Source of the DNA: Vibrio vulnificus CMCP6
Lineage (GTDB): Bacteria > Pseudomonadota > Gammaproteobacteria > Enterobacterales > Vibrionaceae
DNA length: 32,000 nucleotides
Direction of reading: 5' to 3'
Assembly: GCF_000039765.1 (NCBI RefSeq)
Contig: NC_004459.3
Span: 30,001-62,000, forward strand
This document shows, piece by piece, positions 1 through 9,489 of this stretch. The notes below the pieces were generated by a model. That model saw nothing but the letters and a program-made list of their open reading frames with translations, was not told the DNA's origin and did no database searches. Every line of letters begins with the position of its first letter. Position 1 is the first letter of the stretch. The position numbers were made by a program, and so were the translations under genes.

Positions 1-612
1 GAAATTGAATCGATGCCAATGCAAGCACAAATCCGCTTGTTGCGAGTGTTGCAAGAGCGCGTGATTGAACGCGTCGGGTCAAATCAGTTGCTGCCTTTGG
101 ATGTGCGTATTATCGCCGCCACTAAGGTTGACCTCAAACAAGCGGCAGCCAACGGTGAGTTTCGTCAGGATCTCTACTATCGTCTCAATGTGGTAACCCT
201 CAACTTGCCGCCTCTTCGGGAACGAAAAGAAGACATCGCGGCCCTCTTTCACCACTTTTTACTGGTGGCGGCGGCTCGTTACGCAAAAACCGTCCCTGCG
301 CTCTCTGCCAGCGATTTACAGCAGCTGTTAGCTCACAATTGGCCAGGCAATGTGCGAGAACTGCGCAATGCGGCTGAGCGATACATTTTGCTTGGCAAGT
401 TGGCGCAGCTCGGTGAGACACCTGCAAGCACAACAGTGCATTATGCGCTCTCTGACCAAGTGGCCGAATTTGAAAAAAGCGTCATCGAGCAAACGCTGAT
501 GGAATGTGGTGGCAGCATCAAAGAGACGATGGACAAACTGCAAGTGGCGAGAAAAACCCTGTATGACAAAATGCAGCGCTATGGTTTAGATAAAGAAAAC
601 TACAAACAATAA
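1..612 (+). CDS. dctD: C4-dicarboxylate transport sigma-54-dependent response regulator, DctD-like (C-terminal part, truncated by window start)
   Basis: Open frame from base 1 (EIESMPMQAQIRLLRVLQERVIERVGS...LDVRIIAAT...FRQDLYYRLNVVTLNLPPLRERKEDI...NWPGNVRELRNAAER) is the classic sigma-54 AAA+ domain, with a C-terminal Fis-type HTH (SIKETMDKLQVARKTLYDKMQRYGL). The dctPQM operon lies nearby. Confidence 0.88.
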   Translation, partial: EIESMPMQAQIRLLRVLQERVIERVGSNQLLPLDVRIIAATKVDLKQAAANGEFRQDLYYRLNVVTLNLPPLRERKEDIAALFHHFLLVAAARYAKTVPALSASDLQQLLAHNWPGNVRELRNAAERYILLGKLAQLGETPASTTVHYALSDQVAEFEKSVIEQTLMECGGSIKETMDKLQVARKTLYDKMQRYGLDKENYKQ

Positions 613-637
613 AGGCCACAAAATGATTGGTGGCCTT
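612..637 (+). terminator. Putative intrinsic terminator after dctD
   Basis: AAGGCCAC-N10-GTGGCCTT, 8-bp perfect stem right after the stop codon, followed by GTGTCATTTTTCCC. Confidence 0.6.
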
Positions 638-706
638 GTGTCATTTTTCCCTTGTACTCCTCTCAGATGCACTCAATGGGCAAACATGAGGAATCTTGGT
701 TCCTTG

Positions 707-2665
707 TTATTTTCCTTTGGCATAGCTGAAGTAGTAGGTCATAAACTCATTCGCTTGCTTTGTCTCTTTGATGTACTTCGGTAGTTCATCAACCGAAACC
801 GAGGACGCCTTTCTTTGGTACCGGTAGTTCATGTTGATTTTCTTATAAACTGGCGCCAATACCTGTAACAGCCCTTCCCCATCACCCTTAATCGAAACAT
901 CCAGCGAATAGGTATCATTCTTAACTGAAAACGCTTCCTCTTCGAGCTTCAGTCTATCTGGCAAGTTCACCACGATATTCTGCTCTATCATCAAAGGCGA
1001 TCCAACGTAGTACGGAGTTTTACGATTTTGAGCTTCTGGCGCATAGAGCGAGTTATTGATGATATCCGCCGTCACTTCCACTCGCACAGTATTCTCATCA
1101 CCTTCCATCCACGGGTTCTCGAGAACGTAAGTTTCGACCATGGTCACAACATTGCTCTGAGGGTCATCTTGATACTCAAACTCTTCCGCCGCATAAACGC
1201 TTTGATAGAAGCGACTATAGTAGTCTTCATACTCACCCATCACCGTATCCATTGAGTTTGCCGTTAGGTAGCGACGCATACGCTCAGCTTGATGCCCTTC
1301 GTAAAGAGTCGTGATCTTCATCGTGCTGTCACCCTCTTTTTGGTGCTTGAACTGGTATTCAACACTTGAGGTGATCTGATTGGTATTGTTGACATTCATC
1401 TCACTCAACCAAATAGATTCGGGCTTAATCACCAGCGCGTAACCAAGCTCAGACTGTACAATCGAATCTAACGCATCGCCCTGTTCTGTAACTGTCGGAT
1501 CAACCCAATATTCAATACCTTGATGGAAGAAATTCACAATAACATGGTCGAATGCACTATGACCCGGCAGTTGTTCGTTGAGTTTCTCGCGATGAACGGT
1601 ACTCACTAATGCGGGGTAAGCTTCAACGCCAAGTTGGTTTAACAAGGTCGCCAGAAGCAAAGATTTGTCTTTGCAATCACCATAACCTTGCTCCAAGATT
1701 TGCTCAGGCAAACGAGGAGCGTGTGAGCCGATACCGTTCTCAATACCCAAATAACGTATTTTTTGCTGCGAAAGTTTAATCGCCGCCATGATTTGCGCTT
1801 CTTTTGAAGGCAAAGCTTTCAAAAGCTCTAGCTCTTTAGCGAACAAACGCCCAGAGGTAGAATTTGGGTAAAGAGGAAGCGCCCATTGAGCCACCTCTTG
1901 CCAGTTATCGTAGTTCGAAACATTGATATAAGGGTATGGGATAAACCAGCTTGGCTGATCTTTTTCATCAAAATCGTACGCTCTTCTACCATCTTCAAAA
2001 ACGTACTCTTCCATCGCGCCAACTTGGCGATGCGTCAATGAACCGAACTCTGAGTTCCCAACGCGTGTGATGGTAAAACCTTTGTCTACAGGGACCAAGC
2101 TGCGTGCGTACACTTTAGCCACTGGCACTGACCAACCCAATCTAACCCATGTATCAAACTTATCACCAAAAACAGGGTTGGCTCCTTCAATGCTAAAGCT
2201 GTAGTCAATAATGTCGCCAACTTGGACATTCTTCAAAACCAAGTAATACGTTTCAGTGCCGTTATACAACAGTTTTTCTAAGTCGGATTCTTGCTTAAAA
2301 CGCTTTAACTCCACCTCTCGCGACTTATCAATACGTTGACCATCGCGCCATACATCGACGTGGTGAAATAGCACTTTTTCATAATGAGGATCAAACGAAA
2401 TGGAGATCTGAGAGTTGTCTTCAACCCCTTTAGAATTAACGGATTTGGTTGCATAGTGGGTGTACATCATCGGCTTGGGCAACGTAAAGTTGTACTGTTT
2501 GTCCACTAACAGGAAAATGCTGCCATCCACTCGATCTCGTCGATTCTCTTTGTCAAAAGTTTGCTTCACAACCCATTCTGGTGTGGGGGTTAACACAAGC
2601 GATTCACCCGCAAAAAGAGAAAAGCTCGCCGCAAGTAAAAGCCAGACTGACCATACAAATTTCAT
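707..2665 (-). CDS. Exported DUF3857 / transglutaminase-like domain protein
   Basis: 652-aa ORF with N-terminal signal peptide (MKFVWSVWLLLAASFSLFAGES), DUF3857-like N-terminal region and transglutaminase-like core (EQGYGDCKDKSLLLATLLNQLGVEAYPALV). Confidence 0.8.
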   Translation of the reverse strand: MKFVWSVWLLLAASFSLFAGESLVLTPTPEWVVKQTFDKENRRDRVDGSIFLLVDKQYNFTLPKPMMYTHYATKSVNSKGVEDNSQISISFDPHYEKVLFHHVDVWRDGQRIDKSREVELKRFKQESDLEKLLYNGTETYYLVLKNVQVGDIIDYSFSIEGANPVFGDKFDTWVRLGWSVPVAKVYARSLVPVDKGFTITRVGNSEFGSLTHRQVGAMEEYVFEDGRRAYDFDEKDQPSWFIPYPYINVSNYDNWQEVAQWALPLYPNSTSGRLFAKELELLKALPSKEAQIMAAIKLSQQKIRYLGIENGIGSHAPRLPEQILEQGYGDCKDKSLLLATLLNQLGVEAYPALVSTVHREKLNEQLPGHSAFDHVIVNFFHQGIEYWVDPTVTEQGDALDSIVQSELGYALVIKPESIWLSEMNVNNTNQITSSVEYQFKHQKEGDSTMKITTLYEGHQAERMRRYLTANSMDTVMGEYEDYYSRFYQSVYAAEEFEYQDDPQSNVVTMVETYVLENPWMEGDENTVRVEVTADIINNSLYAPEAQNRKTPYYVGSPLMIEQNIVVNLPDRLKLEEEAFSVKNDTYSLDVSIKGDGEGLLQVLAPVYKKINMNYRYQRKASSVSVDELPKYIKETKQANEFMTYYFSYAKGK

Positions 2666-2753
2666 ATTTATCCAACGCTATATTTTAATTTCATTTAATT
2701 AGTCGGATGAATACTAACGAGTTAAGCGGCAAATAGTAAGCCCTTTACAAAGA

Positions 2754-2780
2754 AACCCGCCAAATGGGCTTTGGCGGGTT
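2754..2780 (-). terminator. Rho-independent terminator downstream of the TRAP transporter operon
   Basis: AACCCGCCAAA-TGGGC-TTTGGCGGGTT on + (11-bp perfect stem, 5-nt loop). Read on the minus strand it is followed by TCTTTGT. Confidence 0.75.
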
Positions 2781-2859
2781 ACGTTTAACGAATTTCGTAC
2801 TTATTACAGAGACTTACCACTTGACCTTATCGCATTGAATCTGCGGTAAGGCGACATGG

Positions 2860-4221
2860 TTACTTGGTAATGATCTCCGGCCCCATCAGTGTGGTTGGTA
2901 GCCAAGTCGATACCCAAGGAACGTACGTGACAATAATGAGGAAGAGGAACATCACCGCCACCCAAGGCAATGCGGCTTTGACCACATTCATCATCGACAT
3001 TTTTGCCACCCCTGCGGTGACGAATAAATTGAGCCCGACAGGCGGTGTGATCATGCCGATTTCCATGTTCACCACCATGATGATACCCAAGTGAATCGGG
3101 TCGATGCCTAACGCAATGGCGATGGGGAAGACTAACGGAGCCACGATGATCAGTAGACCTGACGGTTCCATAAACTGACCGCCAATCAGCAGTAATACGT
3201 TGACCACAATCAAGAAGGTGATGGGACCAAGCCCCGCTGACAACATCGATTCTGTGATCATTTGCGGAATGCGCTCTTCCGTCAGCACGTGTTTAAGAAT
3301 CAATGCGTTGGCAATGATAAACAGCAACATGATGGTCAGCTTACCTGCTTCAAAAAGCGTATGTTGGGTGTCTTTATGAAAGAAGGCTTCAAATACTTTC
3401 ACGAGCGCAGGACGTTGGTTTTGCTTATCGGCAAAAGGCCCCATGTCTTTATAAACGAAGTTAGCGATCAAGAATGAGTAGACGGCAGCCACCGCAGCCG
3501 CTTCGGTTGGGGTAAAAATGCCCCCATAGATACCACCAAGGATGATCACCACCAACAGTAATCCCCAACTCGCTTCCTTTGCCGCGTTGATGGCTTCTGA
3601 CCAACCCACAAAAGGCTGCTTAGGCAGATTTTTTATTCGTGCCGCAATATAAATCGCCACAATCAGCATAAGACCGGCAAGTAGCCCTGGGATCACGCCA
3701 CCAAGGAACATACGACCAACCGAGACATCGGTGGCCGCAGAGTAAACGACCATCACAATCGACGGTGGGATCAAAATACCCAGTGTTCCAGCATTACAAA
3801 TCACCCCAGCGGCGAACTCTTTCGAGTAACCGTTTTTGATCATCCCAGCGATGACGATGCTACCAATCGCCACCACGGTAGCCGGTGAAGAACCGGACAG
3901 CGCGGCAAACATCATACATGCCACCACCGAGGCCATAGCTAGGCCACCGCGAAACCACCCCACCATAGCAATCGCAAAGCGGATGATGCGCTTGGCTACT
4001 CCACCCGTCGACATAAAACTGGATGCCAAGATAAAAAACGGAATCGCCAACAAGGTGTAATGGCCTTCAAAGGCATTAAATAAAGTCTGCGCCACCGACG
4101 CCAAAGACGCATCGGAGTGCCACATCAAAAACAGAATGCTCGATAAGCCGAGAGAAACCGCGATAGGCACGCCAATCAGCATAAAGCCAATGACTAACAA
4201 AAATAAAAATAGAATATCCAT
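2860..4221 (-). CDS. dctM: TRAP dicarboxylate transporter, large permease DctM
   Basis: 453 aa, many TM helices; FMLIGVPIAVSLG, SGSSPATVVAIGSI, GILIPPSIVMVVY and MVVNMEIGMITPPVGLNLF motifs of DctM. Confidence 0.93.
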   Translation of the reverse strand: MDILFLFLLVIGFMLIGVPIAVSLGLSSILFLMWHSDASLASVAQTLFNAFEGHYTLLAIPFFILASSFMSTGGVAKRIIRFAIAMVGWFRGGLAMASVVACMMFAALSGSSPATVVAIGSIVIAGMIKNGYSKEFAAGVICNAGTLGILIPPSIVMVVYSAATDVSVGRMFLGGVIPGLLAGLMLIVAIYIAARIKNLPKQPFVGWSEAINAAKEASWGLLLVVIILGGIYGGIFTPTEAAAVAAVYSFLIANFVYKDMGPFADKQNQRPALVKVFEAFFHKDTQHTLFEAGKLTIMLLFIIANALILKHVLTEERIPQMITESMLSAGLGPITFLIVVNVLLLIGGQFMEPSGLLIIVAPLVFPIAIALGIDPIHLGIIMVVNMEIGMITPPVGLNLFVTAGVAKMSMMNVVKAALPWVAVMFLFLIIVTYVPWVSTWLPTTLMGPEIITK

Positions 4222-4224
4222 CGC

Positions 4225-4905
4225 TTACTGCTCCTTACCATCACGACGTGAACCACCCATCAAATCGTCGGCATCACCCATCTCCGCTTTCAATGCTTCA
4301 AGATCTTCTTCTGCCTCATGACCCGCGATCATGCGATCTTGTTGATTGTTCAGAATTCGCCACGCGACCTGCAAAAAACGAAACGTCAGCAACGCCATCC
4401 CAACGGGAAGTGCCATGTAAGGAATAAAACGGGGGATCTTCTCGTACGCTTCGCCTTCATTGAACCAATCCGACATAAACTGAAAAATCTCAGGCATCGG
4501 GATATCGTCGGTTTCATACCAAGCACGCTCAGTCGCAAAGGGGTACCAGTAATTCCAAGAGCCAATCAAAAGTAAAATAGAAAAGGTTAAGCAACAACTG
4601 ACGGCCACCAAGGCCAGCACTTTGCGTAACGGTGGTGGGGCTTTATCAATCACCACATCCACACCGATGTGGAAGTGTTTCTTCACACCATAAGACGCGC
4701 CGACCAACACCATCCACGCGAACATAAATACGGTAAGTTCAAGGGCCCATAGAATGTTGTCGTTAAAGAGATAGCGCATCACAACATTGACGAAAGTCAG
4801 CAGTGTCATGGCACCAAGGAAAAATGCAATCAGCCCTTCTTCTACCCGATCGGTGAAGTGACCAATTTTTGCCAAAAGTGATTGTTCCATAATCGATTCG
4901 CTCAT
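4225..4905 (-). CDS. dctQ: TRAP dicarboxylate transporter, small permease DctQ
   Basis: 226 aa, four predicted TM segments, LRYLFNDNILWALELTVFMFAWMVLVGASYGVKKHFHIGVD; between dctP and dctM. Confidence 0.9.
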   Translation of the reverse strand: MSESIMEQSLLAKIGHFTDRVEEGLIAFFLGAMTLLTFVNVVMRYLFNDNILWALELTVFMFAWMVLVGASYGVKKHFHIGVDVVIDKAPPPLRKVLALVAVSCCLTFSILLLIGSWNYWYPFATERAWYETDDIPMPEIFQFMSDWFNEGEAYEKIPRFIPYMALPVGMALLTFRFLQVAWRILNNQQDRMIAGHEAEEDLEALKAEMGDADDLMGGSRRDGKEQ

Positions 4906-4921
4906 TATTGTGCTAAAAACT

Positions 4922-4947
4922 GGGCTCTGACTCGACCGTCAGAGCCC
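4922..4947 (-). promoter_or_regulatory. Intercistronic hairpin between dctP and dctQM (attenuator or mRNA-stability element)
   Basis: GGGCTCTGAC-TCGACC-GTCAGAGCCC, 10-bp perfect inverted repeat in the 50-bp dctP-dctQ gap. On the minus strand it is followed by AGTTTTTAG. Confidence 0.65.
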
Positions 4948-4955
4948 GTTCTTAT

Positions 4956-5954
4956 TTATTGTTTGTTTGACGCCAATGCTGCATCAATCAGATCTGAACC
5001 GATGTCTTTCTCAAATTTCTTCCAAACAGGTTTCAACGCCGTTACCCACGCTTCACGTTGCTCTGGCGTCAAGGTGCGCACCACACCCCCCGCTTCAATC
5101 ACGTACTGCTTGTTGGCTAACTCAACCTTGTTGGACTCAGCGTTACGTTGCTCTGTCACTTCTTTTAGGATGGTCGCGAACTGGTCACGCACATCCGCAG
5201 GCAGGCCATCCCACCACTTGCTTGAGGTCACGACTAGGTAATCCAAAATGCCGTGGTTGGTTTCAGTAATACCATCCTGTACTTCAAAGAATTTCTTACC
5301 GTAGATGTTAGACCAAGTGTTTTCCTGACCATCAATAACCTTGGTTTGCAGCCCGCCGTACACTTCAGCAAACGACATTTTTTGCGGGTTCGCACCCAGT
5401 TGTTCAAACTGAGCAACCAACACATCAGACGCTTGCACGCGGAATTTCAATCCTTTGGCGTCCGCTGGCGAAATCAGTGGCTTGCTGGCTGAAATTTGCT
5501 TCATGCCGTTGTGCCAGAACTCTAACCCACGCACACCACGACGATTCATGGCATTTTTCAACTTCACGCCCGCGTCTGAGTTTTGGAAACGGTCAACCGC
5601 GTCGACATCTTCAAACAGGAATGGCAGGTCAAAGATGCGATATTTCTTGGTGAATTTTTCAAACTTGGAAAGAGAAGGGGCCGCCAATTGAACATCGCCG
5701 TTTAGCATGGCTTCTAACACTTTGTCGTCATCGTACAGTGTTGAGTTTGGGTAAACCTGCATACACGCTTTGCCATTCATCTCTTCGTTCACGCGTTTTT
5801 CCAGTAGTGATGCTGCAATCCCTTTCGGGTGCTTATCGGTATTGGTGACGTGGCTGAACTTGATGACGATCTCGCCTGGGTCACAGTTGGCCGCCGCATT
5901 GAAACTGGTGACAGCAAGCACGGAAGCAGCAAGTAGGGTTAGAGGCTTTAACAT
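4956..5954 (-). CDS. dctP: TRAP dicarboxylate transporter, periplasmic substrate-binding protein DctP
   Basis: 332 aa, signal peptide, DctP family motifs (IKFSHVTNTDKHPKG, VFPNSTLYDD-like, GLKFRVQASDVLVAQFEQLGANPQKMSFAEVYGGLQTKVIDGQENTWSNIY). Confidence 0.92.
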   Translation of the reverse strand: MLKPLTLLAASVLAVTSFNAAANCDPGEIVIKFSHVTNTDKHPKGIAASLLEKRVNEEMNGKACMQVYPNSTLYDDDKVLEAMLNGDVQLAAPSLSKFEKFTKKYRIFDLPFLFEDVDAVDRFQNSDAGVKLKNAMNRRGVRGLEFWHNGMKQISASKPLISPADAKGLKFRVQASDVLVAQFEQLGANPQKMSFAEVYGGLQTKVIDGQENTWSNIYGKKFFEVQDGITETNHGILDYLVVTSSKWWDGLPADVRDQFATILKEVTEQRNAESNKVELANKQYVIEAGGVVRTLTPEQREAWVTALKPVWKKFEKDIGSDLIDAALASNKQ

Positions 5955-6010
5955 TATTCTTCTCCTTGTTAATCGAACCGCCCCATCTTTGGGTGCGATA
6001 CTTCTGTTAG

Positions 6011-6026
6011 AGCAATAACCAGACCA
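6011..6026 (-). promoter_or_regulatory. Candidate sigma-54 (-24/-12) promoter of dctPQM
   Basis: Minus-strand TGGTCTGGTTATTGCT matches consensus TGGCACG-N4-TTGCW at the invariant GG and GC with correct 12-nt spacing, about 57-72 bp upstream of the dctP start. DctD is a sigma-54 activator. Confidence 0.5.
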
Positions 6027-6100
6027 ATAAAAAAACTAAATAATATTCAAATAGATAAGCAAACAAACCATGAGCAACACCCCGTTACGGCGTTTAAAAT

Positions 6101-6151
6101 GGGTGGGAAATGACACATCTATTAAGAACAAAAGGGTGGAAAGTGACACAT
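6101..6151. repeat. Two 18-bp near-identical direct repeats, 33 bp apart (possible activator sites or relict transposon end)
   Basis: gggtgggaaatgacacat (6101-6118) and gggtggaaagtgacacat (6134-6151), 16/18 identical. Confidence 0.8.
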
Positions 6152-6211
6152 TAGTATCAAACGCTTTGGGTGTGTCGCTTATCTTTAGAGCTCGAATGGC
6201 AAGCAAGATAA

Positions 6212-6247
6212 ACGGATTGTAGAAAAATGGATTGTAGAAAAACGGAT
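6212..6247. repeat. Short 15-bp tandem repeat (about 2.4 copies)
   Basis: acggattgtagaaaa / atggattgtagaaaa / acggat. Confidence 0.8.
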
Positions 6248-6523
6248 GACTGGAAAGCTGATGGTAGGGAAACCGATAGCAGAAACACCAATTGCAAGAA
6301 AGCGGCGCTGACAGAAGGAAAGGCGGTTCAAGACCGATGAGCGCAGAAAAGAAGTCATAAGGAAGGCGTGCCCTCACATCAAACCGCAAGCTTGGTTTGA
6401 TCATTCTCCCCCGATCATGCCATAGCGACACCGTGATAATGTGCATCGCCACGATAGAGGACACGCAAATAATGGGCTAACGCGCCCTACACGCTTCGCC
6501 CTTGTGGGTTTCACCCTACCTCA

Positions 6524-7639
6524 TCAGTGAAACTCTATTCGTTGTTGTGATTCGGCATCAAAATAGACCGCTTTGGACAAGTCGAAGTAGAGCGATGCAC
6601 TTTCCCCCGCCTTCGCTTGCAGTTCAGGAGAGAGGCGACACGCCACTTCCTGTTGATTCACTTTAATCATCGCAATCGTGTCTGGCCCTGTCGGTTCCAA
6701 CACTTCCAGTTTCAAATCCAAACACGTCGACGCGCTCTGATCATCGCTTGGCTTGTCGGAAATGTGCTCTGGACGCAAACCAATCACCACGCGTTTGCCA
6801 TCTTGCTCACGCATGGAGGCAGGCAGTTTGATGTGATGCTCCTGACCACACTCACCACTCACCTTAATCACTGGATGATCTTCACTGTTGAGATCGACCA
6901 TAGTGGAAATAAAGTTCATCGACGGCGACCCCATGAAGCCCGCCACAAACATATTCGCCGGTTGGTTGTAGATCTCCTGTGGTGTGCCGAGCTGCTGCAA
7001 GATGCCATCTTTCATCACCGCGATACGGTCTGCCAGCGTCATCGCCTCGATCTGATCGTGGGTTACGTAAACGATGGTGGTATTGAGCTTTTGGTGCAGC
7101 CGTTTGATTTGATGGCGCATTTCCACACGCAATTTGGCATCCAGGTTTGAAAGCGGCTCATCAAACAGATAGAGCTTAGGACGACGCGCTAATGCACGCC
7201 CCATCGCCACACGCTGGCGCTGACCACCAGATAGCTGAGACGGTTTGCGATCCAAAAGGTGGTCAATTTGCAGCATTTCGGCCACACGTTGCACTTCCGC
7301 ATCGATCTCGCTTTGTGGCATTTTGCGGATCTTCAAGCCAAATTCGATGTTGCCACGCACCGTCATATTGGGATACAGCGCGTAAGACTGAAACACCATC
7401 GCGATGTCGCGATCTTTCGGTTCCACTTGCGCCACATCGACACCATCAATCACAATTTCACCGGAAGAAATGTTTTCTAACCCCGCAATGGTGTTCATCA
7501 AGGTGGACTTACCACACCCTGACGGACCCACCAGGATGAGAAACTCACCAGATTCGATGCTGATATCAATGCCTTTTAAGGTTTCTTGGTCCGCTTTTGG
7601 GTAGGTTTTGCGGATCTGTTTGAGTTCTAGAGTTGCCAT
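6524..7639 (-). CDS. Sugar ABC transporter ATP-binding protein (MsmK/UgpC/MalK family)
   Basis: 371 aa; Walker A GPSGCGKST, signature LSGGQRQRVAMGRALAR, Walker B LYLFDEPLSNLD, and C-terminal regulatory domain. Confidence 0.93.
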   Translation of the reverse strand: MATLELKQIRKTYPKADQETLKGIDISIESGEFLILVGPSGCGKSTLMNTIAGLENISSGEIVIDGVDVAQVEPKDRDIAMVFQSYALYPNMTVRGNIEFGLKIRKMPQSEIDAEVQRVAEMLQIDHLLDRKPSQLSGGQRQRVAMGRALARRPKLYLFDEPLSNLDAKLRVEMRHQIKRLHQKLNTTIVYVTHDQIEAMTLADRIAVMKDGILQQLGTPQEIYNQPANMFVAGFMGSPSMNFISTMVDLNSEDHPVIKVSGECGQEHHIKLPASMREQDGKRVVIGLRPEHISDKPSDDQSASTCLDLKLEVLEPTGPDTIAMIKVNQQEVACRLSPELQAKAGESASLYFDLSKAVYFDAESQQRIEFH

Positions 7640-7644
7640 GTTAC

Positions 7645-8502
7645 TTATCCTTTTACTGATCCCGCAGTTAACCCGCGTACAAAATATTTACCCGCCAACA
7701 CATACACCAACAGCGTTGGTAACGCCGCAATGATCGCCGCTGCCATGTCCACGTTGTACTCTTTCACCCCAGTACTGGTGTTGACCAAGTTGTTCAGCGC
7801 CACCGTGATCGGTTGGGTTTCTGAGCCGGAATACACCACGCCAAACAGGAAGTCATTCCAAATCGCAGTAAACTGCCAAATCACCGTCACCATAATGATG
7901 GGGGTTGAAATAGGCAGAAGGATTTTGAAGAAGATGGTAAAAAATCCTGCGCCATCGAGCTTGGCAGCTTTGATCAACTCATCAGGCACACTGATGTAAA
8001 AGTTGCGGAAAAACAGTGTGGTAAACGCCATGCCGTAGATAACATGCACCAGTACCAAGCCGGTGGTGGTATTGGCTAAACCGAGCTTGCCAAGCACCGC
8101 GGCCATCGGCAGCAAGATCACTTGGAAAGGAATGAAGCAGCCAAACAGCAACAAGCTGAAAAACAGGTTAGAGCCACGAAATTGCCATTTGGTGACGACA
8201 TAGCCATTGAACGCCCCAAGCAAAGTCGAAATGGCCACGGCAGGGATCACCATTTGAAACGAGTTCCAAAAGTAGCCCTTTACCCCTTCACATTTCACCC
8301 CAGTACAGGCGCCATTCCACGCTTTGTACCAAGCGTCAAACACCCACTCTTGTGGCAAGCTCATTAAGTTACCGGCCTTAATGTCTGGCAAGGTTTTAAA
8401 CGAGGTGATCACCATGACAAACAGCGGCATCAAATAGACCAGGCAGAAAAAGACCAATGCGCCGTAAATAAACCATCGGGCCATGTTCACTGAAGAGTTC
8501 AT
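7645..8502 (-). CDS. Carbohydrate ABC transporter permease (MalG family)
   Basis: 285 aa; TM protein with EAA-like motif ELIKAAKLDGAGFFTIFFKILLPISTPI. Confidence 0.9.
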   Translation of the reverse strand: MNSSVNMARWFIYGALVFFCLVYLMPLFVMVITSFKTLPDIKAGNLMSLPQEWVFDAWYKAWNGACTGVKCEGVKGYFWNSFQMVIPAVAISTLLGAFNGYVVTKWQFRGSNLFFSLLLFGCFIPFQVILLPMAAVLGKLGLANTTTGLVLVHVIYGMAFTTLFFRNFYISVPDELIKAAKLDGAGFFTIFFKILLPISTPIIMVTVIWQFTAIWNDFLFGVVYSGSETQPITVALNNLVNTSTGVKEYNVDMAAAIIAALPTLLVYVLAGKYFVRGLTAGSVKG

Positions 8503-9422
8503 GCGCGCTTCTCCCTAAGCTCGGAATAAAGATACGGCACCAAGATGGCCAGAATGCCCCCTAACATCATCATCGCACTGGCGGCACCTAAGCCGATTTG
8601 CCCGCGAGTAAACGAATGAGCGTACATAAAGAGCGCAGGTAAATCCGATGAATAGCCCGGTCCTCCAGCGGTCATCGCAGTGACCAAGTCGAAACTCTTA
8701 ATCGCGATGTGCGAGGTGATGATCACCGCGCTAAAGAACACCGGACGCAAACACGGCAGAATGATTTTCCAATAGATGGTCGGTAGGCTCGCGCCATCAA
8801 TTTGCGCCGCTTTGATGATCGAGGAATCAATACCACGCAAACCCGCGAGAAACATCGCCATAACAAAACCGGACGATTGCCAAACCGCAGCAATCACTAA
8901 GGTGTAAACCGACATCTCCGAGTTCACCAACCAGTCAAATTTAAAGGTTGTCCATCCCCAATCGTTCAACAGTTTTTCTATCCCCAATCCTGGGTTCAAA
9001 ATCCACTTCCACGCCGTACCAGTCACAATGAACGACAGCGCCATGGGATAGAGGTAAATGGTGCGAATTGCCCCTTCCTGACGGATGTTTTGATCCAACA
9101 AAATGGCCAGACCGACACCCAAGACGATGGCAATCGCAATGAAAAGAACGCCAAAAATACCTAGGTTAGTAATCGACGTTACCCAGCGGTCGTTTTCCAT
9201 CAATTTGGCATATTGGTCAAAACCAACAAACTTAAAACTGGGTAGAAAACGGGAGTTAGTCATGGAAAGCGCCGCTGTCCAAAAAATAAATCCGTAGATA
9301 CACACCACCGTCACTAGCATGGTCGGCGCTAACACCAGTTTCGGTAACCAGTGTTGCAAGCGATCAGCTAGCGAAGGTTTTGGTGCGATTTTGCTCGTTG
9401 GCCCACTCAAAATATGCTCCAT
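8499..9422 (-). CDS. Carbohydrate ABC transporter permease (MalF family)
   Basis: EAA-like motif SSIIKAAQIDGASLPTIYWKIILPCLRP. The ORF track starts at 9461, but ATG at 9422 (MEHILSG...) has an AAGGAA Shine-Dalgarno 7-8 nt upstream. 4-bp overlap with the next permease gene. Confidence 0.88.
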   Translation of the reverse strand: MEHILSGPTSKIAPKPSLADRLQHWLPKLVLAPTMLVTVVCIYGFIFWTAALSMTNSRFLPSFKFVGFDQYAKLMENDRWVTSITNLGIFGVLFIAIAIVLGVGLAILLDQNIRQEGAIRTIYLYPMALSFIVTGTAWKWILNPGLGIEKLLNDWGWTTFKFDWLVNSEMSVYTLVIAAVWQSSGFVMAMFLAGLRGIDSSIIKAAQIDGASLPTIYWKIILPCLRPVFFSAVIITSHIAIKSFDLVTAMTAGGPGYSSDLPALFMYAHSFTRGQIGLGAASAMMMLGGILAILVPYLYSELREKRA

Positions 9423-9489
9423 AACGATTCCTTGTAGCGAAAAACACTTCCTACCGAGCAAACGCTCAGAGTGAGAAGATCAGCTGAGA

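Noticed and set aside
6036-6464. 142-aa minus-strand ORF in the gap between dctP and the ABC ATPase gene
   Set aside because: Composition looks noncoding (HPFFYNPFFYNPFILL arises from the 15-bp tandem repeat). It overlaps the candidate sigma-54 activator/repeat region and has no recognisable family.
6617-7150. 177-aa plus-strand ORF
   Set aside because: Antisense to the ABC ATPase gene, which has all conserved motifs.
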